A stretch of 62,426 bases of DNA, the filler included, from Nitrospirae bacterium CG2_30_53_67 (GTDB taxonomy: Bacteria > CG2-30-53-67): assembly GCA_001873285.1 (NCBI GenBank). It is 7 parts of 7 records of this genome, joined end to end, with 100 filler letters (N's around TTAATTAATTAA, not from the genome) between each part and the next. Parts side by side here need not be neighbours in the genome. Positions count along the whole stretch, not along the records: positions 25,430 to 44,715 come from MNYV01000062.1; positions 44,816 to 48,668 come from MNYV01000106.1; positions 48,769 to 52,663 come from MNYV01000126.1; 4 more parts are not named here. One strand, written 5' to 3'. Below, in pieces: positions 41,288-49,182 of the stretch; the stretch's first letter is position 1, and the number at the start of each line of letters is the position of its first letter. Made by a program: the position numbers and the translations under genes. The notes under the pieces were generated by a model, which worked only from the letters and a program-made list of their open reading frames with translations, searched no databases and was not told where the DNA came from.

Positions 41288-41367
41288 CTCTTCTCCTGCG
41301 TTTCCAGATCATTCAGACCGTCTCCGGTTTTTCGGAATATCAAACAGGATACCATCCTGTATAAGCC

Positions 41368-41742
41368 CTATTCCTCCTTCAGCAGTTTCTTCACTGAATT
41401 CTGTAATGCGTCAGGGGAGAAGGGTTTGGTGATGTAGTCGTCCGCTCCCAGGGACATCCCCTTCTTTCTGTCCTCTTCGGCCTTTTCGGTGGTGACAATG
41501 ATCAAGGGGGTATCCTTATAGGTCGGGTGTTTCTTCACGAAGTTGACCAGCTCGAGGCCGTTGATATCCGGCATGTTGATGTCGGTGATGATCAGATCGA
41601 AGGATCGTCCCGGTAAAATCTTCAGCGCCTCAAAACCGCTTGAGGCCTCCGTGATCTCATAGTCCCCCAGATCTTCCAGAGTGGATGCAATGATGGACCG
41701 CATGGTCGCGGAATCTTCTACAATCAGGATGGATCGTTTCAC
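41368..41742 (-). CDS. CheY-like response regulator
   Basis: GTG start at 41742 with GAGGAGG RBS; ILIVEDS, ITDINMPDING, YITKPF. Confidence 0.92.
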   Translation of the reverse strand: MKRSILIVEDSATMRSIIASTLEDLGDYEITEASSGFEALKILPGRSFDLIITDINMPDINGLELVNFVKKHPTYKDTPLIIVTTEKAEEDRKKGMSLGADDYITKPFSPDALQNSVKKLLKEE

Positions 41743-41757
41743 AGGATTCCCCTCCTC

Positions 41758-41922
41758 AGTGGTCCTGTTCGTAAATATGGTGACGTACAGAGAGTGTCGT
41801 AGGGCGGTCTCATCAAGGCGCGCGACTGAGGCGTACCCTCTGTGGTACACCGCAAGGAGCGGAACGCCGAGGAGACAGTTCTACGACACTCGAATGCCAC
41901 TGTATTTACGAATAGGGCCACT
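41758..41922. mobile_element. MITE-like element C1 (20-bp TIRs, structured core)
   Basis: agtggtcctgttcgtaaata ... tatttacgaatagggccact (18/20 inverted match); internal IR gagtgtcgtag/ctacgacactc. Confidence 0.75.
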
Positions 41923-41979
41923 AATAGTGTCCATGCTCTCTTGCGGCCGTAAAGGCGAATGCAGAATAGAACGATCATT

Positions 41980-43299
41980 TTAATGTCCTTGCATATCCTG
42001 GAGCCTGCTCTCCAGCAGAGACCGGTCCAGTACAAAACCCGCCTGGATGATAAAAATCTCCAGCGCCCCGATATCCCCGATCGGGCTCCCGTGAAGGCCG
42101 TTATCTCCATAAAGCAGGGCGATCACCCGGTTATTGCTGACCAGAGGGAGAACCACGGACTCTTCCGGCGCCTCCCCGCCTAAATTCCCGCTAAGATACC
42201 GGTCCCATGACTTGTTCTCGTTCAGAGATCCTTGAACCTTGTAACGGGCTCGGATGGCCGATGCGAGAAAGGAATCGCTCTCGCTCGGGATCAGGACATT
42301 GCGGATCCGGTCATTGGCCGCGTTGTCCTCCCCAGGGAGCCCGAACTGTCCGAACCCTCGGATTTCCCTTTCCCGGACCACAAAGAGAGCGGCGCGGTTG
42401 AGGAATTCGCCGGCATACCGCAGGATCAGGAGCAAAACCTCTGAAAGGCTGCTTTCGCCTTTAAGCTCCTCCACCATGGATTTCAGAGACGACAACCCGT
42501 CCGATGTTTCCCCATCCGCCCGTTCCGGTTCCAGGTCTTCGCCCACTTCAGACATCAACTGTTCTAAAAAACTCAATTCTTCCTGCTCTTTCTTCCCGGC
42601 CGCGGCCCCCGCCCCCGAAACCTCGGCCTTGTCCATCCCGATCTCGTCCTGGATCGATTCCCAGAGCCCATCGGGATGGCCGGTGTTGTCCTGGGGCGGA
42701 GCTGCGGGACCGGCCTCCACGAGTGAGACCGGAGTCTTCTCCATCAGGGAAGAAAATCCAATGGCCTTCATCTTCTGATCCTTTTGCTGTTTGCGGTGCT
42801 TCTCTTCATCCAGGAGCCGTAATCCTTCTATGATCAGATGCTGGGTTTCGATCCCCTGCTCCAGGATCAGTTCAGCCCCGTTGGGCGGCAGGACCTCACT
42901 CGGAGCGGAGAGGAGCTCGAACTGAAAGTGCCCTTCCTCCCAGCCCAGAAGCTCAAGGATGATGGTCTGTATATATCCCCTGAGGTTCGCCTCCATCTGC
43001 TCCCGGGAGATGATATGCTTATGAACCAAAATCGAGCCGAAAGGCGCCCTCGTTGTTCTTTGGGCTTCTATGACCATTCTCTCATCCTTATCGGTCATCA
43101 GTCCCTTGGCCTTGAGCACGGATCCAAGCGTCATCTTGTTCCGGGTTGAGGAGGCCTTGATGACATTTCCGTTCAAAAAGGTGATTGAAGCCTTATCCTC
43201 TGATGTAGCGATATTTAAAACGCCAGTCCTCTTGCTCAGGCTGACAATCTGAAAAATATCTGTAAGGGGCAAATCTGCTAAATTTCCGACAAGACTCAT
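41980..43299 (-). CDS. DUF4388-domain protein with C-terminal GAF-like domain
   Basis: MSLVGNLADLPLTDIFQIVSLSKRTGVL, LLGWEEGHFQF, EGLRLLDE; C-terminal LPLVSNNRVIALLYGDN. Confidence 0.85.
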   Translation of the reverse strand: MSLVGNLADLPLTDIFQIVSLSKRTGVLNIATSEDKASITFLNGNVIKASSTRNKMTLGSVLKAKGLMTDKDERMVIEAQRTTRAPFGSILVHKHIISREQMEANLRGYIQTIILELLGWEEGHFQFELLSAPSEVLPPNGAELILEQGIETQHLIIEGLRLLDEEKHRKQQKDQKMKAIGFSSLMEKTPVSLVEAGPAAPPQDNTGHPDGLWESIQDEIGMDKAEVSGAGAAAGKKEQEELSFLEQLMSEVGEDLEPERADGETSDGLSSLKSMVEELKGESSLSEVLLLILRYAGEFLNRAALFVVREREIRGFGQFGLPGEDNAANDRIRNVLIPSESDSFLASAIRARYKVQGSLNENKSWDRYLSGNLGGEAPEESVVLPLVSNNRVIALLYGDNGLHGSPIGDIGALEIFIIQAGFVLDRSLLESRLQDMQGH

Positions 43300-43354
43300 C
43301 TATGGCCAGTCCATTTCAGCCGGGCATCAGGTTGGCTCGGGATGACCGGGAATT

Positions 43355-43512
43355 TTGACGGCTTCGTAAAAAGTCCGTCTGCGGCGTTGCGCTTCATTCT
43401 TCGTCATTGCAGCGTACTTCTAAGTACGCCTCATTCCTCAGAATTCGCGCGCCTTGCATCCGGAGCTTTTTACTGTGCCGTCCCACTTGTGGACTTTTTA
43501 CGAGTCCATCAA
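43355..43512. mobile_element. MITE-like element C2 (22-bp TIRs)
   Basis: ttgacggcttcgtaaaaagtcc ... ggactttttacgagtccatcaa (19/22 inverted match). Confidence 0.8.
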
Positions 43513-43576
43513 TTGTGGATATTTCCTTGTTTCCCCCAGGGATGGTATGGAACTTTTTCTATCATGAATCGATACT

Positions 43577-43632
43577 TTTAATCCAGCGGGAACTCCCCGC
43601 CTTTACAGGCGGGGAGTTCCCGCTGGATTAAA
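43577..43632. repeat. Perfect 26-bp inverted repeat with 4-nt loop
   Basis: tttaatccagcgggaactccccgcct-ttac-aggcggggagttcccgctggattaaa. Confidence 0.9.
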
Positions 43633-43845
43633 CCCGTTTTCCTCTAAATTCAAACGATTTGAATCGGCTGTAATACCTTGTATTATAGAATATTTATATC
43701 ATTTTATGCCCTGGAAGTAAAGTCAATAATTTCTTAATCATTTATTGACAGTTAATTTCGAGTTCTTCCCTGGAATGGAAGGCTCTCGTGCATATTTTTT
43801 TTGTCATTTTATCCGGGGAGTGATATATAGGGAGAAACAGACAGG

Positions 43846-43891
43846 GGTCTATCTCAAAGAGTGAGTGAAAACATCATATGGGAGAAGAACC
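43846..43891 (+). repeat. Collapsed copy of element A (left and right ends only)
   Basis: atctcaaagagtgagtgaaaacatca joined directly to tatgggagaagaacc. Confidence 0.55.
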
Positions 43892-43896
43892 AAAGC

Positions 43897-44715
43897 ATGA
43901 AGTACCTTATCCTCGGTACCGCCGGGCATGTGGATCATGGAAAGACGGCTCTGGTCAAGGCATTGACCGGTGTGGACACCGACCGTCTTGAAGAAGAGAA
44001 AAAGAGGGGGATCACGATCGTGCTCGGTTTTGCCGAGTTGGAGCTTCCGGGTGGGGTTCAAGTCGGGATCGTTGACGTGCCGGGCCACGAACGGTTTGTC
44101 AACCAGATGCTTGCCGGCGTCGGGGGGGTCGATCTTGTCATGCTGATCATTGCAGCGGATGAAGGGATCATGCCTCAGACACGGGAACACTTTGACATCT
44201 GCCGCCTCCTCAACATCCGGAGGGGGCTGACCGTGATTACCAAAACCGATCTGGTAGACGGGGACTGGCTGCAGCTGGTCACCCAGGATGTGGAGGCGCT
44301 GACTCAAGATACCTTTTTGCAAGGCGGGGGGATCTATCCCGTCTCCTCAAAGACCGGGCAGGGGATACCCGAACTCATAGAGGGGCTCAGCCGGATTTGT
44401 GAGGGTGTGGAACCGAGGGGGAGCGCCGGGGTTTTCCGTCTTCCCGTTGACCGTGTCTTTACCATGAAAGGATTCGGAACCGTGGTGACCGGAACGCTCG
44501 TATCCGGAAGCGTAAGAAACGGCGAGACCGTGGAGATCCTCCCCAGAGGCCTGACAGCCAAGGTCCGGGGGATTGAGGTCCACGATAGACCCGTAAACCA
44601 GGCCTTGGCCGGCCAGCGCACGGCCCTGAACCTTCAGGGGATCGAAAAAGACCGGATCGAACGGGGGGATACCGTGACGGCGCCAGGCCTTCTGAGCCCG
44701 ACCTTTATGGTAGAC
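43897..44715 (+). CDS. selB: Selenocysteine-specific elongation factor SelB, 5' part (cut by gap)
   Basis: [55 protein letters not shown]. Confidence 0.93.
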
Positions 44716-44815
44716 NNNNNNNNNNNNNNNNNNNNNNNNNNNNNNNNNNNNNNNNNNNNTTAATTAATTAANNNNNNNNNNNNNNNNNNNNNNNNNNNNN
44801 NNNNNNNNNNNNNNN

Positions 44816-45106
44816 AACCACATCCGGGAACATGTTACCCCGGATGAGATAGTGTAGCACCCGCCCACGTGGGCGGGTGAGGATTGAAACAGATGAGTGC
44901 AGATTGCATTTATACAAGTGCAAAAGTAGCACCCGCCCACGTGGGCGGGTGAGGATTGAAACCACATCCGGGAACATGTTACCCCGGATGAGATAGTGTA
45001 GCACCCGCCCACGTGGGCGGGTGAGGATTGAAACTTAATAGAACCCCGGTCTAAACTGCTCCCGACCGGGTAGCACCCGCCCACGTGGGCGGGTGAGGAT
45101 TGAAAC
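44816..45106 (+). CRISPR. CRISPR array, trailer end: four complete 37-bp repeats GTAGCACCCGCCCACGTGGGCGGGTGAGGATTGAAAC and four 35-bp spacers; 5' part lost in the gap
   Basis: Identical repeats at 44854, 44926, 44998 and 45070. Palindromic stem and ATTGAAAC 3' end typical of class 1 repeats. Subtype not determinable, no cas genes in the window. Confidence 0.95.
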
Positions 45107-45124
45107 GCCAATGATCGCCGCACA

Positions 45125-45153
45125 ATGTTCCCCGCACGTGCGGGGATGAACCG
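45125..45153 (+). CRISPR. Solitary type I-E-like repeat ATGTTCCCCGCACGTGCGGGGATGAACCG
   Basis: 29 bp matching the I-E consensus GTGTTCCCCGC-N4-GCGGGGAT(G/A)AACCG. Confidence 0.75.
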
Positions 45154-45297
45154 AGGACAGGCCCGACCAGACAATCCACCCTTCGACAGGCTAAGGGTGA
45201 CAATTGTCATGGTGAGCTTGTCGAACCATGGATTCCCCGATCCAGTCGGGGAATGACGCTCTTAGAGAAATATTTACCCATAAATTTGTCGCACACC
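45154..45297 (+). mobile_element. Element B (nested-REP MITE), copy lacking the left TIR
   Basis: Shares aatcca-[cccttcgacaggct...gtcgaacca]-tggattccccga...ggggaatgac and the ataaatttgtcgcacacc end with the 47190 and 62174 copies. Confidence 0.75.
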
Positions 45298-45488
45298 ATG
45301 AGGATTGAAACATCTTGATTTTGCTTCTCTGCACTGATAGATTAAGCGAAACAGACGCAGATGAAAAATGGATCTTATTTAAATCTCGAATCCGAATCTG
45401 GAAAATTTGTATAATGATTTAATATCTGGATTCCCTGTACCCACGGGTCATAGACGATCCACGTGGGGAATGACGTCTCTTGTTTCAA

Positions 45489-47210
45489 ATGGAAACCTTG
45501 ACGCACAACAACATAACGATCTTCTTTCTCTCTCTGGGTATCCTGCTGGCCTCGGCGCGGCTTCTCGGTGAGATCGCCCACCGGCTTCACCAGCCCGCCG
45601 TGCTCGGCGAGATTCTTGCGGGAATCCTCCTGGGGCCGACCGTCCTCGGATTCTTCGCGCCGGACGTGAGCGCCAACCTGTTCCCCAAGGGAGGCCCGGT
45701 CGCTGTCGGGATTGACAGCCTGACCACGCTCGCCATCGCCCTCTTTCTTCTGGTATCGGGAATGAAGGTGGATCTTTCCACGGTCTGGCGCCAGGGTCGT
45801 TCCGCCCTCACCGTCGGTATCACAGGCATTGCCGTTCCCTTTTTGATGGGCTTCTGCTCGGCCTGGGTTGCGCCGAAGCTTCTGGGGAGCGAACCCGGGG
45901 CGGATCCGCTGATCTTTTCACTCTTCTTCGCCACGGCTCTTTCGATCTCCGCTCTTCCTGTGGTGGCCAAGATCCTCATGGATATCAATATTTTTAAAAC
46001 GGACCTCGGTATGATCATCGTGGCCGCTGCAATCTTCAATGACCTGATCGGATGGATCATCTTCGCTCTCATCCTCGGCATGATGGGGGGATCGAATTCA
46101 GGACCCGGCCTGTGGCAGACGATCTGGCTGACCTTGAGCTTTGTCGCCCTGATGCTGACTATCGGGCGATGGCTGATCGACCGCATTCTCCCCTGGGTCC
46201 AGGCGCACACAAGAGGGCCCGGCGGCATCCTGGGCTTTTGCATCTCGGTTGCCCTCCTGTGCGCCGCCTATACCGAATGGATCGGCATCCACGCAATCTT
46301 CGGCGCCTTCCTCTGCGGTGTGGCCCTGGGAGACTCGCCCCATCTGCGGGAACACACGCGTACCACGTTCGATCAGTTCATCTCCTTCATCTTCGCACCG
46401 CTCTTTTTTGCCAGCATCGGGTTGAAAGTCAATTTCATTCAAAACTTCGATTTCCCCCTTGTCCTCACCGTTCTTGTGATCGCCACGGCAGGAAAGGTCT
46501 TCGGCTGCGGGTTCGGGGCGATCTGGAGCGGACTGACGCGTAGAGAGGCATGGGCCATCGGTTTCGGCATGAACGCCAGAGGCGCCATGGAGATTATCCT
46601 CGGCCTCCTCGCCCTTCAAGCGGGGATCATCAGTGAACGCATGTTCGTGGCCCTGGTCATCATGGCCATATTGACATCCATGACAAGCGGAACGGCCATA
46701 CAGAAGATCCTCCGCCGTAAGAAACCTCTCCGCGTCACCGATTTTCTCACACCCAAAGTCTTCATGAAAGACTTTGAAGCGCTGAACTCTCAGGAGGCCA
46801 TCCGGAAGCTCTGTGCAGTCGCCTGCCAGGGGGCTGATCTTGACGATGAAGCTGCAAGCGAGGCCGTCTGGAAGCGGGAACAGATCGTCTCCACAGGCGT
46901 GGGAAACGGTGTGGCCATTCCCCACGCCCGCATCGACGTTCTGAAGCGGCCCCTCCTCGCCCTCGGTGTCGCCAAAAACGGCGTGGATTTCAACGCCCCG
47001 GACGGAGAGCCCGCCCGCCTGATTTTCCTGATTCTCATCCCCGGGCATGATCCCGAGTCGCAGCTCGAACTCCTCTCGGATATCAGCCGCACCTTTCTGG
47101 AGCCTGCCATGGTCAAGCGGGCGCTAAAAACGGAGAACTACACCGAACTGCTCGCCCTGATCAACACCGCCGAACCGGCGATACAGGACGGGTTTGTGAC
47201 AAACTTATAG
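45489..47210 (+). CDS. Cation:proton antiporter fused to a PTS EIIA(Ntr/Fru)-like domain
   Basis: QPAVLGEILAGILLGPT, FAPLFFASIGL, MNARGAME; C-terminal REQIVSTGVGNGVAIPHAR and DFNAPDGEP. Confidence 0.88.
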   Translation: METLTHNNITIFFLSLGILLASARLLGEIAHRLHQPAVLGEILAGILLGPTVLGFFAPDVSANLFPKGGPVAVGIDSLTTLAIALFLLVSGMKVDLSTVWRQGRSALTVGITGIAVPFLMGFCSAWVAPKLLGSEPGADPLIFSLFFATALSISALPVVAKILMDINIFKTDLGMIIVAAAIFNDLIGWIIFALILGMMGGSNSGPGLWQTIWLTLSFVALMLTIGRWLIDRILPWVQAHTRGPGGILGFCISVALLCAAYTEWIGIHAIFGAFLCGVALGDSPHLREHTRTTFDQFISFIFAPLFFASIGLKVNFIQNFDFPLVLTVLVIATAGKVFGCGFGAIWSGLTRREAWAIGFGMNARGAMEIILGLLALQAGIISERMFVALVIMAILTSMTSGTAIQKILRRKKPLRVTDFLTPKVFMKDFEALNSQEAIRKLCAVACQGADLDDEAASEAVWKREQIVSTGVGNGVAIPHARIDVLKRPLLALGVAKNGVDFNAPDGEPARLIFLILIPGHDPESQLELLSDISRTFLEPAMVKRALKTENYTELLALINTAEPAIQDGFVTNL

Positions 47211-47388
47211 ATAACCATTCTCTCGGAGAGCGTCATTCCCCGACCCCTTGATCGGGGAATCCATGGTTCGACAAGCTCACCATGACAATTGCCACCCTGA
47301 GCCTGTCGAAGGGTGGATTGTCCGGTCGAGCCGGACAATGACAAACATATGTAATCCTGATGTGTACCCATAAATTTGTCGCAGACCC
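47190..47388 (-). mobile_element. Element B (nested-REP MITE)
   Basis: TIRs gggtttgtgacaaa / tttgtcgcagaccc. It supplies the last codons and the stop of the antiporter gene. Confidence 0.8.
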
Positions 47389-47496
47389 GATTGTCCGGGG
47401 TGACTTGACAACCCAGCGGTCTCCTGATAAGGTTACATCCTCACAGCTTAGATTAACTAAATATAACCGGCTGGAATAAGCAACATCACGGTGGTC

Positions 47497-48441
47497 ATGG
47501 ACCCAAGAATTGCTGTATTGATCCCATGTTTTAATGAAGAGGCCGCAATCGAAAAGGTTGTCGGAGATTTCAGGGAGGTCCTGCCCCAGGCGGAAATCTA
47601 TGTTTACGACAACAACAGCACGGATCATACCGCGGAGGCCGCCCGGAAGGCCGGAGCGTTCGTCAGGCATGAATCACACCAAGGCAAAGGATATGTGGTC
47701 CGCCGTATGTTCAGAGAGGTGGATGCGGATATTTACGTCATGGTGGATGGAGACGGCACCTATCCGGCCGATGGTGTCCATTCACTCATCCGGCCGGTTT
47801 CTTCGGGCAAGGCGGATATGTGTGTTGGAAGCAGGATAGCAGATAAAAACAGCGAGGCCTTCAGAACATTTCATGTCGCCGGGAACCATCTGGTAAAGAA
47901 TGTCGTGAACCGGCTATTCGGATCAGATCTGTCCGATATTCTTTCCGGTTACCGCTGTTTCAATCACCATTTTGTGACCTCCATACCTCTGCTGAGCAGG
48001 GGGTTTGAGGTCGAAGTGGAAATGACGATCCAGGCGCTGGACAAGGGGCTGGTCATCCAGGAAATCGAGCTTCCCTACAGAGAGCGGCCTTCCGGAAGCT
48101 CGTCTAAACTTCGCACTTTCAGAGACGGATTTCTTGTGCTTTTGACCATATTTAATATTTTCAAGGATTACAAACCCCTTGCCTTTTTTTTCGCGGTCTC
48201 TATCCTTCTCCTCCTCCTGAGTCTTGTTCTTGGATGGAACGCCTTCCATGAATTTTCCGCTGACGGCTGGGTGATTCATCCTGCAGCCTCGGTTGCGGCC
48301 GCATGCCTGGCTGTCTTCTCCGTCGTTTCCCTGGTCACAGGCATTCTTCTGGATACGATTAACAGACGCTACAAAGAATTGTATGTTTTGATGACGCGCC
48401 GTTCTCCTGATTATAAGGATCATCTCCAAAAGAGTGGGTGA
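47497..48441 (+). CDS. Family 2 glycosyltransferase (polyprenol-phosphate sugar transferase-like) with 2 C-terminal TMs
   Basis: LIPCFNEE, YDNNSTD, MVDGDGTY, DILSGYR, GFEVEVEM, SKLRTFRDG. Confidence 0.9.
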   Translation: MDPRIAVLIPCFNEEAAIEKVVGDFREVLPQAEIYVYDNNSTDHTAEAARKAGAFVRHESHQGKGYVVRRMFREVDADIYVMVDGDGTYPADGVHSLIRPVSSGKADMCVGSRIADKNSEAFRTFHVAGNHLVKNVVNRLFGSDLSDILSGYRCFNHHFVTSIPLLSRGFEVEVEMTIQALDKGLVIQEIELPYRERPSGSSSKLRTFRDGFLVLLTIFNIFKDYKPLAFFFAVSILLLLLSLVLGWNAFHEFSADGWVIHPAASVAAACLAVFSVVSLVTGILLDTINRRYKELYVLMTRRSPDYKDHLQKSG

Positions 48442-48668
48442 AAACATCAGGGGTCAAGGGGTCAAGGATTCCAGGGGTCAAGTGAAGTGCTCAAACACTA
48501 CAAGGAGTTAAAGGAAGGGCCCCAGTCTTATCAATTATGCTTGGAGATTTACAAATTGCGAATTGGAGACACAAGTATTACTCGCTGGAGATCTTGGTTA
48601 TATCAGGGATGAGAAGTTAATGAGACTCAAGAGGGATATCGAGGAGGTTGAGCGGATGCTCAAGGCAT
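48417..48668 (+). mobile_element. Element A left arm carrying a four-helix-bundle gene remnant (cut by gap)
   Basis: ggatcatctccaaaagagtgggtgaaaacatcagggg, then the 8-mer tract, then the coding remnant. Confidence 0.75.
48487..48668 (+). pseudogene. Four-helix-bundle (23S rRNA IVS protein / Avd-like) gene with internal deletion and frameshift
   Basis: MLKHYKELK..QSYQLCLEIYK, frameshift near 48556, then CELETQVLLAGDLGYI...EVERMLKA. The central SQIRRAAVS..SNIAEG segment is missing. Confidence 0.75.
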
Positions 48669-48768
48669 NNNNNNNNNNNNNNNNNNNNNNNNNNNNNNNN
48701 NNNNNNNNNNNNTTAATTAATTAANNNNNNNNNNNNNNNNNNNNNNNNNNNNNNNNNNNNNNNNNNNN

Positions 48769-49068
48769 GCCTTCTTCGACCTCGATGGCAACAACCTCGT
48801 CCACCTGGGCCATACTTACCGAGATGCTCGGCTTGCAGTTCCGCGCCAGGCTGTTGATCTTAGCCTTCAGGTCGTTGGTCAGGTGCTCGCCGCCTACGGT
48901 CCCGTCATTCCGAACACCCAGAAGGAGTGTCCCTCCCCTCGCATTCGCGAAGGCTACGATGTCTTCGTCGATGCGGGAGGTGTATTTCTCTTTAAATTCC
49001 ACGGTGAGGCCTTCGCCCTCACAGATGAGGAGTCTTACTTTGTCGCTATTCATCTCTGCGGTTCCCAT
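48769..49068 (-). CDS. Schlafen/AlbA_2-domain protein, 5' part (cut by gap)
   Basis: EGEGLTVEFKE, IVAFANARGGTLLLGVRNDG. Confidence 0.85.
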
Positions 49069-49071
49069 GAT

Positions 49072-49182
49072 TCACGCCTTTAACTCGCCCGTTGAGCGTT
49101 TGAACTCCAAACTGCAATCTTTCGCCCTCGCGCACGCGGGCGGCCAGTTGTTTAACGTTGGCGGGGTTCTGAGGTCCGTCAT
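49072..49182 (-). pseudogene. Frameshifted N-terminal remnant of a second AlbA_2-like gene
   Basis: ATG overlaps the helicase stop; fragments KQLAARVREGE / LEFKRSTGELKA lie in shifting frames. Confidence 0.5.

Noticed and set aside
41743..41850. N-terminal extension of the CheY ORF, and small ORFs at 43342-43631, 47138-47371 and 58665-58940
   Set aside because: They are read-throughs of MITE or repeat sequence.
43897..44715. selB physically linked to the CRISPR array, or selenoproteins in the window
   Set aside because: A linker separates them, and no gene with a convincing in-frame UGA plus SECIS was seen.
44764..45210. ORF with repeated FQSSPAHVGGCY peptide
   Set aside because: Translation of the CRISPR repeats on the minus strand.
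23911..48668. Diversity-generating retroelement (Avd-like gene plus 95-bp repeat pair)
   Set aside because: No reverse transcriptase in the window, the mismatches are not adenine-specific, both repeat copies are coding, and the loci are on different contigs.
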